Below, one piece after another: positions 1-8,829 of a stretch of DNA of 19,636 nt. Origin of the DNA: an uncultured bacterium (lineage in GTDB: Bacteria; Lernaellota; Lernaellaia; Lernaellales; Lernaellaceae); the NCBI GenBank assembly GCA_964534375.1, contig CAZHPN010000118.1, positions 1-19,636 of the forward strand. Direction: 5' to 3'. Below the pieces are notes generated by a model that saw nothing but the letters and a program-made list of their open reading frames with translations, ran no database searches and had not been told where the DNA came from. A program made the translations under genes and the position numbers. The first letter of the stretch is position 1, and every line of letters starts with the position of its first letter.

Positions 1-85
1 CGCCGCAGGCGAAATCAGCCCTCATTTTTTTCCTAACTGGCGAAGTTGGGTTAGAACGCCGCATCAATCCTCGCATGGTCCACAC
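1..85 (-). CDS. Possible 5' end of a gene running off the left edge (MWTMRGLMRRSNPTSPVRKKMRADFACG...)
   Basis: Open frame from GTG at 85, preceded by AAGGAG, to the window edge. In-frame ATGs at 76 and 25. Too short to assign a product. Confidence 0.3.
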   Translation of the reverse strand, partial: MWTMRGLMRRSNPTSPVRKKMRADFACG

Positions 86-177
86 AAGTCTCCTTGGTTC
101 GCCAACCTCGAACCGAAGCAACGAGAATCTCGGCTGCGCGAACAACAAGCCGCTCGCAAACGCGGTTGTCTTTTTGT

Positions 178-193
178 TGCAAATATCGGTCCG
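178..193 (-). promoter_or_regulatory. Possible sigma-54 (-24/-12) promoter
   Basis: Minus strand CGGACCGATATTTGCA fits GG-N10-GC with TTGCA at -12. The -24 box deviates from TGGCAC. A direct repeat (TTGGGGCAA x2, 244-261) lies upstream. Confidence 0.25.
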
Positions 194-370
194 GTTCGGC
201 GCTGTCAAACAAACAAAAAGCTCGACTCCTGCTCCGAATGTATTGGGGCAATTGGGGCAAGTTGATTTTCGGCCGTCGCCGATGCCTGGGCGTTGGCCGC
301 GATGCCGTTCACTTCGTGTCTGATTTGGGCGACCTACCGGCAGGCGTTCGGCGACGCCGCTCACGAAACG

Positions 371-392
371 ACGCCGGCGGTCGCGCCGGCGT
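371..392 (-). terminator. GC-rich hairpin downstream of dsbD, possible terminator
   Basis: Plus strand reads ACGCCGGCG-gtcg-CGCCGGCGT (9-bp stem), about 80 nt after the stop at 473. Only a weak T tract (CGTTTCG) follows on the minus strand. Confidence 0.3.
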
Positions 393-472
393 TGGTCCGC
401 GAATAACGACGGCTTTGTTTCGCAGCGGCGCCTGTCGCCGCGTCGCCCGCGGCGGGGTCGGGCGATCGGGAT

Positions 473-2737
473 TCAGCTCGGCTTAGCGGCCTTTTCGAGC
501 GCGTCCACAACCATCGTTGCGGTGATGAGTTCGGGCAACCAATAGGGCTGGCCGCCGACGCCGGGGCCGATCACGGCGTACGACGGCACGCTGTTCCGGC
601 CGTACGTCGCGAGGAAGCCGCCGATTTGCGGGTCGCGTTTGGTCCAGTCGCCGCGGACCGCGACGACGCCGAGCCGCGCGATCGCCTGCCGCACGGGTTC
701 GGTTTTGATCGCCGCCGACTCGTTGGCTTTGCAGGTCATGCACCACGTGGCGGTGAAATCGAGAAAAACGGTTTTTCCTTCGGCCGTCAACTGCTTCACG
801 ATTTCCGGCGAAAACGGCCGCCAGGCGATGCCGCCGTCTTCAACCGTGGCGCCGCCAGCCGCCGGCGCGGCCTCGGCCAGCGCGAAGCGCAGGAAATGGG
901 CGCCGCCGGCGACGGCGATCGCCGCCGCGGCCAGCGTCGCCGCCAGCCGCACATGCGCCGACCGCGTTACGTTGCCGAAGCGGCCGTACAACCAGGCGGC
1001 GAAACCGAGCAGCGCAAAATAGCTCAACATCTGCCGCAGCCCGGCGGCGCCGACTTGCTCGCTCAACACGCCGAGCAGCCAAACGGAGGCGCCGATCAGC
1101 AGAAAGCCCATCACCGATTTGGCCGTGTCCATCCAGGCCCCGGGTTTGGGCATCCAGCGCGTCCAGCCCGGGAAGTAGGCCAGCAGGAGAAAGGGGAAGG
1201 CGAGGCCGAGGCCGACAGTGAAGAAGACCGCGAACGTGACGCCGATCGGTTGCGCGAACGCGAAACCGATCGCCGGCCCAAGAATCGGCGCCGAGCAGGG
1301 CGTCGCGAGGACCGTCGCGAAGACGCCGTTGAACAGCGAACCGCGCACGCCCTCTTTCGCGGCGGCGCGGTGCATCGCGGCGCTGGTCGGGGCCAACAGC
1401 AGAAAGACGTCGAGCGCCGAGAGGCCGAACACGAAGGCGACCGCCGCGAGCAGGCCGACGAACGCCGGCGACTGCATTTGGAATCCCCAGCCCACGGCCT
1501 CGCCGCTGCGCTTGAGCGCCGCGACAACCGTCGCCAGCGCCAGGAAACTGCTGAGAATGCCGGCGGCGTATCCGAGGCCGTGGCGGCGCAACGCGGATTT
1601 CTCCAGGTGCGCCTGGCTGATCAGCGAGAAGATCTTCAGCGACACGACCGGCAGCACGCAGGGCATGATGTTGAGAATCATGCCGCCGACGAAAGCGGAC
1701 AGCAGCATCCACAGCAAACCGCGGGCGGCGCGGGCCGGCGCGGCGGCGCCGCCGGTCGACGCCGTAACGGCGCCAAGCGGTCGATCGAGCGGTGCCTTCA
1801 CTGCGGCGCCGGGCGCGGGGGCCGGCAACGGCCAATCGGCTTCGACCGCAACGGCGCGCCGTTTGCCCTGTTCGATGAGGTCGAATTGGAACACGCCGCC
1901 AAATTTTTCCCCGGCGCCGAAATCGGGTCTGACGGTCGCGACGACTTTGACTAGCAATCCCTGGTGCGGCGTCGGATCGGCGTCTGCCGCGGTGATTTTT
2001 GCGATGTCGAGGTGTTCGTTCTTGAACTCGGCGAAGATCGGCCGGCCGCGGTCCCTGGTCGGCGCGAGTTGCGCGCCGGCCGGCGCTTTGATGGTGAAGA
2101 GGGTCTGGAATTCCTGACCCGGCGCAAGGGCCGCGGCGTCGTATTGCGCGCCGATGCTCAGGCCCGGAACGGCGCTCGCCGGCACGGGCGTTGCGGCGCG
2201 CGCGGCGTTCACCGCGGCGGCGTTCGGTCCCGGCGCGGCCGTCGCGGCAACCGGCAGTTTCAGGGATATTTCCTGCCCGCCGACGATGCACTTGGACAGG
2301 CAGGCGAGCCAGGCGACTTTGCCCGAGACGATCACCTCCCCGCCCGCCGGCGCGTCGGGCGCCGCGGCCGCCTCGGCCCACAGTGTCGTTTCTTTTTCAT
2401 AGACGTATGCGAAATCGGGCGTCCCCGCCCCGAAAATGAGCGGCGGTGGGTAATGCCACGCGCCGATTTTCACGAGCGGGCCGGCGAGATCGATCCGCGT
2501 CGGTTGCCCTACTCCCGATTCGCTCGGATTTAACCAGTAAATGTGCCATTCGGGGGCGAGCTTGAAGCGCACGGCGAGGTGGAACGCTGCGCCCGGCGCG
2601 ACGGACGCGACATCGGCCAGCAACTCGACGCGCACCGGCGACGCGGCGCTCGGCGCCTCCGCCGCCCCGGCCGGCGCGGCCAGGCACGCCGCCAGCGCGA
2701 ACGCGATCAAGACGGTCATCCTTTTCTTCGCCGACAT
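473..2737 (-). CDS. dsbD: DsbD-family thiol:disulfide interchange protein (N-terminal Ig-like domain, transmembrane domain, C-terminal thioredoxin), 754 aa
   Basis: ATG 2737 with GGAG RBS and signal peptide. N-domain WHIYWLNP and CLSKC. TM-domain motifs LNIMPCVLPV, WGFQMQSP and LATPCSAP. Thioredoxin DFTATWCMTC and GDWT. Confidence 0.9.
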   Translation of the reverse strand: MSAKKRMTVLIAFALAACLAAPAGAAEAPSAASPVRVELLADVASVAPGAAFHLAVRFKLAPEWHIYWLNPSESGVGQPTRIDLAGPLVKIGAWHYPPPLIFGAGTPDFAYVYEKETTLWAEAAAAPDAPAGGEVIVSGKVAWLACLSKCIVGGQEISLKLPVAATAAPGPNAAAVNAARAATPVPASAVPGLSIGAQYDAAALAPGQEFQTLFTIKAPAGAQLAPTRDRGRPIFAEFKNEHLDIAKITAADADPTPHQGLLVKVVATVRPDFGAGEKFGGVFQFDLIEQGKRRAVAVEADWPLPAPAPGAAVKAPLDRPLGAVTASTGGAAAPARAARGLLWMLLSAFVGGMILNIMPCVLPVVSLKIFSLISQAHLEKSALRRHGLGYAAGILSSFLALATVVAALKRSGEAVGWGFQMQSPAFVGLLAAVAFVFGLSALDVFLLLAPTSAAMHRAAAKEGVRGSLFNGVFATVLATPCSAPILGPAIGFAFAQPIGVTFAVFFTVGLGLAFPFLLLAYFPGWTRWMPKPGAWMDTAKSVMGFLLIGASVWLLGVLSEQVGAAGLRQMLSYFALLGFAAWLYGRFGNVTRSAHVRLAATLAAAAIAVAGGAHFLRFALAEAAPAAGGATVEDGGIAWRPFSPEIVKQLTAEGKTVFLDFTATWCMTCKANESAAIKTEPVRQAIARLGVVAVRGDWTKRDPQIGGFLATYGRNSVPSYAVIGPGVGGQPYWLPELITATMVVDALEKAAKPS

Positions 2738-2849
2738 GCGATTTCTCCCGTTCGCCAGACCAAGTGGAAGTGAGCGGCGACCAACATGAGATGCGCGCAC
2801 GCGCGCCGCTGCACGGTTGCGAGTCTGGTCGTTTGAGAGGCCGCAGAAA

Positions 2850-2878
2850 AAACTATTCCGAGTTGCCGATCGTGTCAA
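2850..2878 (-). promoter_or_regulatory. Sigma-70-type promoter for dsbD
   Basis: Minus strand TTGACA (2878-2873), 17-nt spacer, TAGTTT (2855-2850), about 110 nt upstream of ATG 2737. Confidence 0.6.
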
Positions 2879-3406
2879 CTTTCGGCCGGGAACGCTGTCG
2901 CTGACAGCAAAACAAGTCGAAGTTACACTTGACCGCGAACGGCCGAACCTTTGTTTTCGCGACCTGCATCAAGCATTCTACAACCAAGATTCCTTAGGAA
3001 AACAAGAACCGGCGCCGCACGATTCGTCCGTCGCATTTTCGGCTTCTGGCGGCGAATGCCGGCGCGAGTAAGTCACGAAAGCGGAGGCAACAGCGGTCGA
3101 GACCGACGGCCAAGAAAGGAAGCAACGAAAACACGAGGCCCAAAGCGATGGCGTCGGCAGGCGTGGTCTTGTTTCTTTTTTTCAGTGCGGTGGGCGGCGG
3201 CCGGAAAGTTGGAACCCGGTTACCCAAGTTGCCACCTTGCGCCCCGCCCCAATCTGGCCGGCGTCGCGTGCGCATGAGCGGTTAGCGCTTGCCGAGAGCC
3301 GGTTCGCGAACAAGCGCACGCGAATTCGCCATGGGACGGAAACGGCAACGAAATCAGAGGAAATTCGCGAGCAAAAAGGCGCCGGCGCCAGAAGGCAAAA
3401 GCGTTA

Positions 3407-4855
3407 TCACTCTCGCACGCAGCGGAACCCGAGATTGGGGAGCCGATTGTCGGCGGCGTCGCGCGTGCGGATGGACGCGCGCACGAGCTTGGCGTCGCTG
3501 CGCCAACTGCCGCCGCGCATCGCGTGCAGCGTGCCCGTCGCCGGCCCGCGCGGATTGTCCGCCGGCGACGACGCGTAGTATTTGCTGTGGTACCAATCGG
3601 CGCACCATTCCCAGACGTTGCCCAGCATGTCGTACAGCCCGTACGCGTTTGGCTGCTTCTGCGCCACGGGGTGCGTTCTCGCGCCGGAATTCGCCGCGTG
3701 CCACGCCACCGCGTCCGCCTCGCCGTACCGCGCCCCGGCCGTCCCGCCCCGCGCCGCGAACTCCCACTCGGCCTCCGTCGGCAGTCGCTTGCCGGCCTTG
3801 GCGCAGTACCTGGCCGCTTCGTCCCACGTGACGCTTTCCGCCGGGCAGTCGGGGCAGCCGGTGAACGCGCTCGGGTTGGCGCCCATCGCGGTCTGGAACT
3901 GCGCCTGCGTCACCGGCGTCTCGTCCATCCAAAAGGCGTTGACGGTCACGGGGTGCGGCGGGTTCTCGTTCGCCTCCGAACCGCAGTCCGGATCGCCGGG
4001 CGAACAACCCATCGTGAACGCGCCGCCGGGAACCCACAGCATGCCCGCCGGGCCGTCGGCCGCCGCCAGCCACAGATGGACCTCCGGCCAGTGCGTCGCG
4101 TCCGCCGACCAGGTTTCGGCGAAGCGCCCGTAGGCGGCCTTTTTCGCCGCCGCCGACAAGGCCGCGTTGAAGTGGATCGCCTTGACCGCGGCGTAGTCGG
4201 CTTCGAGTTTCGCCTTCCGCTCGGCCGCGGCCTGCTGCTGCGCCTGATCTTTTTCCTGCTGCGCGCGAGCCCGCTTTTCGATCTCGGGGTCCGCCGCGGC
4301 CGGCGGCGCGGCCGGCGCCCCGCTGCCCGCCAGCCCGGCGCCCGGAACGACGCCGGAATGGACGAGGATCAGGTCCATCACATCGCTCGCCGCTTTGAGC
4401 AGCAGCGGCTCCTGCTGGTTCAACGGCGCGGCGGTGGTGTCGCGATTGCCGAGGAAGCCGCCGGTCGGCACGTGGTGCACGCTCACCTGGATGCGCAGAT
4501 CGCCGCCGAATTTCAGAATCTCGCCGGTGACGATGTATTCCGCCCCGAGCTTGCGGCCCACCTCGATCTCGCACTCCGACGCCGTGCATTTCTTCAGGTT
4601 CGTCCCCGGCGGCAGCAGCGTCTCGATGTTTTCCCGCGTCATTATCATGAACCTGCCCGCCGGCAGCTTCTGGCTGGCCACGTTGCGAATCTTGTTGGTC
4701 AGGAATTCCGCCTCGTCGTCGGTGACGCCAGCCTTGTTGGTCAACTCCAACACCGCCACCAACTTGACCGGCGCCTTGGCGAAGCCCAACCGAATTGTAG
4801 CAGCAAGGGACAGCAATACCAAAACAATCGCCGTCAACACGCGAAATGTCTTCAT
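3407..4855 (-). CDS. Exported protein: CsgG/TolB-N-like domain, helical linker, FGE-sulfatase (SUMF1/EgtB/PvdO, C-type lectin fold) domain, 482 aa
   Basis: ATG 4855 with GAGG RBS and signal peptide MKTFRVLTAIVLVLLSLAATIRLGFA. FGE motifs GGAFTMG, RLPTEAEWEFAARGG, PNAYGLYDMLGNVWEW, RGGSW and LGFRC. Confidence 0.88.
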   Translation of the reverse strand: MKTFRVLTAIVLVLLSLAATIRLGFAKAPVKLVAVLELTNKAGVTDDEAEFLTNKIRNVASQKLPAGRFMIMTRENIETLLPPGTNLKKCTASECEIEVGRKLGAEYIVTGEILKFGGDLRIQVSVHHVPTGGFLGNRDTTAAPLNQQEPLLLKAASDVMDLILVHSGVVPGAGLAGSGAPAAPPAAADPEIEKRARAQQEKDQAQQQAAAERKAKLEADYAAVKAIHFNAALSAAAKKAAYGRFAETWSADATHWPEVHLWLAAADGPAGMLWVPGGAFTMGCSPGDPDCGSEANENPPHPVTVNAFWMDETPVTQAQFQTAMGANPSAFTGCPDCPAESVTWDEAARYCAKAGKRLPTEAEWEFAARGGTAGARYGEADAVAWHAANSGARTHPVAQKQPNAYGLYDMLGNVWEWCADWYHSKYYASSPADNPRGPATGTLHAMRGGSWRSDAKLVRASIRTRDAADNRLPNLGFRCVRE

Positions 4856-4928
4856 CGTTTCGTTCTTCCCTCGCTGGCAGATAAAGTCGGCCGAGCGAAA
4901 AGACGCCGATTCCACCGTTTCATTCTTT

Positions 4929-6620
4929 TCACCAGTCCATTCCAAACGCCAAATTCTTCCGCCCTGTGCCGGGATCCGCGCCCACCAATAGGGTCGCCCG
5001 GTATTCTTTAAGCCACGAAGTGCCGCCGAGCATCTTTCGGGCTTTTTCGACATTATTTTGGCCAACTACCCAAAGTGGGATTCCGACGCCACAAGCGACA
5101 AGAAACGTTGAAGCGGATAAGAAGAGGAGATTGTTCCTTGCTTGTATCACCCAGTGACCTGATCCTCCAGGTTGCGCGCCGCATGCCACAAGCGTTCCGA
5201 CTCCGGCCGCGCTAAATGCTGAAAATATGACAATACCTGAAGTGCGTTCGTCCTGCCCGGTTTTTGTCATTTGGTTTATGGGAGGCGGCGGCGAAACAGC
5301 GACGGACGACGCCGAAGGCGCGGCGGGGGGCGCGGCGACCGTGTCCGAGGCCACGACCGGCGCCGCGACGGCGGCCACAGGCGCGGCTGCGGCCGATTTT
5401 GCCGCGACTTTGATCACCGCGGTCACCGGCGTCACCTGGCGATACTTTGCCTCCGCCGTGGCTTTCCAGTTGCCCTGCGGCGTGCGGACCTCGACTTTGT
5501 GCCGGCCTATCGCGGTCTTGAACGTTCCCGGCGCGGTCCCCACCCTGGCGCCGTCCACATAGACGTCGCCCTCCAGCGCATTGTCGTTTTGGTCGTGCGC
5601 CGAGACTTTGAGCGCCCCTTCGCGCGGCGAGGCCGTCACCGAGACCGTCTTCTCTTGGCCTGTCGCGAGGTTGAACTTTTCGCCTTCGTCGTTGTAACGC
5701 GGATCGGACACCAAAACCTCGTAGGGCCCCGGATCAAGTTCCAGGTCGGTTAGAGGCGTCTTGCCGACATCCTTGCCGTTGACCTTCACCGCGAGACCGC
5801 TCGGTTTGCTGGTCACGCTCAGCATGCCGAAGTTGGGCAGCAGCTTCCACGAAACGGTCAGACCTTTCTTGACGGCGATCGCTTCCTGCCGCGTCTGGTA
5901 GCGTTCGAGTTGCATCGAAACGATCGGCGCCGCGCCCCGGGTCAGTTCTTTGGCGCACGGCGTCGCCTGGCAGAGCGGCGTCCCGTCGGCCGTGACGAAC
6001 GCTCCTGGCGGGTCGCTTTCAAAACGCACAACGGTGGTTTCGACGCCGCCAGCGTCCCATGGCTGCTGGCCGATCTTTCCTTCTTCGAACGCGCGCCCGC
6101 CGGCGGCCGCGCGGGCCTTGGCATGCTGCAGGATCAGCCCCATCACCTCGCGCGCCGCGGCGACGACGTTGGCTTCCTGGTCTTTCAACGGGGCCGCGGG
6201 CGTGTCGCGGTAATCGAGAAACGCGCCCGACGGCACGTGGTGCGCGCCGATCTGCACGCGCAGGTCGCCGCCGAACCGCAGCACTTCCCCCGTCACAATG
6301 TACTCGGCGCCCAGCTTGCGGCCCATTTCCAGTTCGCACTTGGACTCGGCGCATTTTTTGAGATCCGTGTCCGGCGGCAGCAGCGCATCCATGCTTTCGC
6401 GCGTCATGACCAAGAACTGCGCCGGAGGCAGCGTCTGAGCCGCAACGCTGCGCACCTTGTTGGTCAGGAAATACGCCTCGTCTTCGGTGAGCCCGGCGTT
6501 GTTCGCCAAATCCAACACCGCCACCAGCCGCGGCGACGATTGCGCGAAGCCCGGCCGGGCGAAAACGGCGAACAGCAGCGCCGCCACGGCAAATATCATC
6601 AGAGCGCGATTCATCTTCAT
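4929..6620 (-). CDS. Exported PEGA-domain protein with CsgG/TolB-N-like N-domain and C-terminal hydrophobic hairpin, 563 aa
   Basis: ATG 6620 with GAGG RBS and signal peptide ending PGFA-Q. PEGA-like repeats (FESDPPGAFVTADG; VTSKPSGLAVKVNGKDVGKTPL; VYVDGARVGTAPG). Ala/Pro linker, two hydrophobic segments, ends LAFGMDW. Confidence 0.82.
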   Translation of the reverse strand: MKMNRALMIFAVAALLFAVFARPGFAQSSPRLVAVLDLANNAGLTEDEAYFLTNKVRSVAAQTLPPAQFLVMTRESMDALLPPDTDLKKCAESKCELEMGRKLGAEYIVTGEVLRFGGDLRVQIGAHHVPSGAFLDYRDTPAAPLKDQEANVVAAAREVMGLILQHAKARAAAGGRAFEEGKIGQQPWDAGGVETTVVRFESDPPGAFVTADGTPLCQATPCAKELTRGAAPIVSMQLERYQTRQEAIAVKKGLTVSWKLLPNFGMLSVTSKPSGLAVKVNGKDVGKTPLTDLELDPGPYEVLVSDPRYNDEGEKFNLATGQEKTVSVTASPREGALKVSAHDQNDNALEGDVYVDGARVGTAPGTFKTAIGRHKVEVRTPQGNWKATAEAKYRQVTPVTAVIKVAAKSAAAAPVAAVAAPVVASDTVAAPPAAPSASSVAVSPPPPINQMTKTGQDERTSGIVIFSAFSAAGVGTLVACGAQPGGSGHWVIQARNNLLFLSASTFLVACGVGIPLWVVGQNNVEKARKMLGGTSWLKEYRATLLVGADPGTGRKNLAFGMDW

Positions 6621-6727
6621 TACGTGTTCTTTCCTCATCGGCGCGAAAAGGCAATCAAGCGCAAAGATACCGAAATTCCGTGCCAACGCGCTCGCCGGCG
6701 ATCATCCGTAGCGATGCCGACCGCCGG

Positions 6728-7465
6728 TCAATGACTCGTTCCGCTTTCGCCGCCATCGGGCGCCGGCGGCGCCGGCGGCGGCACAGGGGTCGGCGCGGGC
6801 GGCGCGGACGGCGGCGCATCGGCCGGGATTGGCGCGGGGGGTTGCGGCCGGGGCCGGCGCGGCGTGAGGTCGATGCGATAGCCGAAGCCGACGTTGATGT
6901 TCCAGCCGGACGCGCTGGTCAGGGCGCCCATGTCGGCGAGCGGCCGCATCTGGTAGCCGGCGCCGAACGACAGCAGCAAACCGCGCGCCCCCGAATGCCG
7001 GAAGACGCCGAACGGATAGAAATCGAGGTCGATGCCGGCGTCGAGGCCGAACCCGTCGTGGTGCATCTTGTAGGTGAACGTATCGTCGAAGATTTTCTCG
7101 CCCGCCTCGAAATACAGGCAGCCGACGTGCGCGCTCGGGGCGAACCACACGGTCGGATGATAGCGATAATTCACGCCCAGGGCGCCCTCGGCGACGGTCC
7201 ATTCCGCGTTGATGCCGCCCGGAATGTTGTCGCGCGTCGCCCACAACCCGCCCAGGCGGAAATAGGGCCCGACGCCTACCGCCAGTTCGCTGTCGATCCG
7301 GAAACCGAGGCCGTCGACCGGCGCCTTGGCGTAGAGGCTTTGCCACGACGGGTCGGTGAGGAAGTAGTGGAGGTATTCGCCGCGAATTTGCAGGCCCCAA
7401 TCCTGGGCTTCGGCGGCGGCGACGAGCGTCGCGAGCAGGATGGCCGCGAAGAGAATTTTTCGCAT
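6728..7465 (-). CDS. Putative small outer-membrane beta-barrel protein with Pro-rich tail, 245 aa
   Basis: AAGGAG RBS and signal peptide ending AEA-Q. Alternating Gly/aromatic amphipathic strands (GALGVNYRY, GLDAGIDLDFY, LSFGAGYQ, WNINVGFGYRI). Confidence 0.7.
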   Translation of the reverse strand: MRKILFAAILLATLVAAAEAQDWGLQIRGEYLHYFLTDPSWQSLYAKAPVDGLGFRIDSELAVGVGPYFRLGGLWATRDNIPGGINAEWTVAEGALGVNYRYHPTVWFAPSAHVGCLYFEAGEKIFDDTFTYKMHHDGFGLDAGIDLDFYPFGVFRHSGARGLLLSFGAGYQMRPLADMGALTSASGWNINVGFGYRIDLTPRRPRPQPPAPIPADAPPSAPPAPTPVPPPAPPAPDGGESGTSH

Positions 7466-7475
7466 CGCCGTCTCC

Positions 7476-8807
7476 TTATTGAATCCACCGGTACATGGAC
7501 AGGCTCTTGTAGAGAATCCACGCGCCGCCGGTTTGCGTGTCGACGAGGCTGACCGGCATCAGCGGCGTCTCGTGCACCACGAACACGTACCGGCCCGACG
7601 GCGAAAAGGCGACCGCGTACGGACTGGCGGCGACGCCGATCATCTGCACGGAGTTGTCCGCCATGTCGATGAGCGAGATCGAATGGCTGTCCTCGTTGGC
7701 CACCGCAACGAAGTCGCGGCCCTGCGCCAGCGCGGCGCCGGCCGGGTTCTGGCCGACGATGAATCGGCGCTTCTCGAACCAGTTCGCGAGCGGGCTGAGC
7801 AGGTTGAGATCCGCGAGCGCGGCGATGCCGAACTTCGCTGCCGGCGGCGGGGGCGTGGGCGCGTTTTGGTCGGTCCATTCCACTTCGCTGACCGTGTCGA
7901 CGACCCCGGAGTCCGTCGCTTCGCCGTGATTGAACGCGAGCATCGCCGTGCCTTCGTGGTTCCACAAGAATCCCGACGGATTCGGCCCGGCGCGGACGAT
8001 CTGGACGTCGGTCGGCACGATCGACGGGTCGTCGTAAAACCGCGAGGGGAACGGGACCACGGCGATCGAATGCGCATACGTCAGGCCGGCCTGGGATTGC
8101 TCGCCGCCGATCGATTGAAAGCCGACGAACATCGTGTCGGTGAACGGCGTTCCCGGCGGGCCGAACGACACCGTTTGGGGCAGCAGCGACTCGTCGGACG
8201 GCTCGTACTGGCTCAGATCCCACGTCGCGACGACCTCCTGCTGCGTGACGTCGATCAGCGCCACCGAGTTCTCGTTGAAGCAGGCGACGGCGACCGTTTG
8301 CGAACGCGCGTCGAACGCGACGCTGGAGGGTCCGCCGCCGACCCACACGGACCACGTTTCGTACGTGCTCGGGTCGATGAGCGTCACCGATTGCGCGTCG
8401 TAGTTCGCGACCGCCAGCCATTTGCCGTCCGGCGAGTAGCGCGCATCGATCGGGTACGCGCCGGTGGCGACGTTGCGCACGAGCATCGTCGTCGACTGGA
8501 TGACGCTGACGCCGGCGTCGTCTTCGTTGCACACCGCCACCTGCGACCCGTCGGGGCTCGCCGCAAGATTGTGCGGCTTGGCGCCGACGACGATCGTGTG
8601 AAAATCCTGCGTCGCCAGGTCGATGCGGTACACCCGATTGACGAAGCGGTTGGACACGAACAAATACGCCGGGGGCGAATTCTGGCCCGACACCTGCACG
8701 ACCACCGCCGTGTGGGCCATCGGCGCCGCCATCGGCGCCGGCGCGCAACCCGCGAGCGCCGCCAACACACACGCGGCCAGCGCCGCCCAACGTGCGAGTC
8801 TGCCCAT
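7476..8807 (-). CDS. YVTN/YncE-family beta-propeller lipoprotein, 443 aa
   Basis: GGAGG RBS and lipobox LAGC. Repeated ~40-aa blades (VGAKPHNLAASPDGSQVAVCN, TGAYPIDARYSPDGKWLAVANY, VAASPYAVAFSPSGRYVFV). Confidence 0.82.
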   Translation of the reverse strand: MGRLARWAALAACVLAALAGCAPAPMAAPMAHTAVVVQVSGQNSPPAYLFVSNRFVNRVYRIDLATQDFHTIVVGAKPHNLAASPDGSQVAVCNEDDAGVSVIQSTTMLVRNVATGAYPIDARYSPDGKWLAVANYDAQSVTLIDPSTYETWSVWVGGGPSSVAFDARSQTVAVACFNENSVALIDVTQQEVVATWDLSQYEPSDESLLPQTVSFGPPGTPFTDTMFVGFQSIGGEQSQAGLTYAHSIAVVPFPSRFYDDPSIVPTDVQIVRAGPNPSGFLWNHEGTAMLAFNHGEATDSGVVDTVSEVEWTDQNAPTPPPPAAKFGIAALADLNLLSPLANWFEKRRFIVGQNPAGAALAQGRDFVAVANEDSHSISLIDMADNSVQMIGVAASPYAVAFSPSGRYVFVVHETPLMPVSLVDTQTGGAWILYKSLSMYRWIQ

Positions 8808-8829
8808 GGTCTCCTCCGTGCTCTCGCGA

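Noticed and set aside
3060..3170. c-di-GMP-I riboswitch-like GAAA/CAAAGC words
   Set aside because: The required paired stems and spacing could not be built, and the words lie on the strand opposite to dsbD.
6670..6686. Sigma-54 promoter TTGGCACGGAATTTCGG upstream of the PEGA gene
   Set aside because: The -24 box is perfect, but the -12 position reads CG instead of the near-invariant GC.
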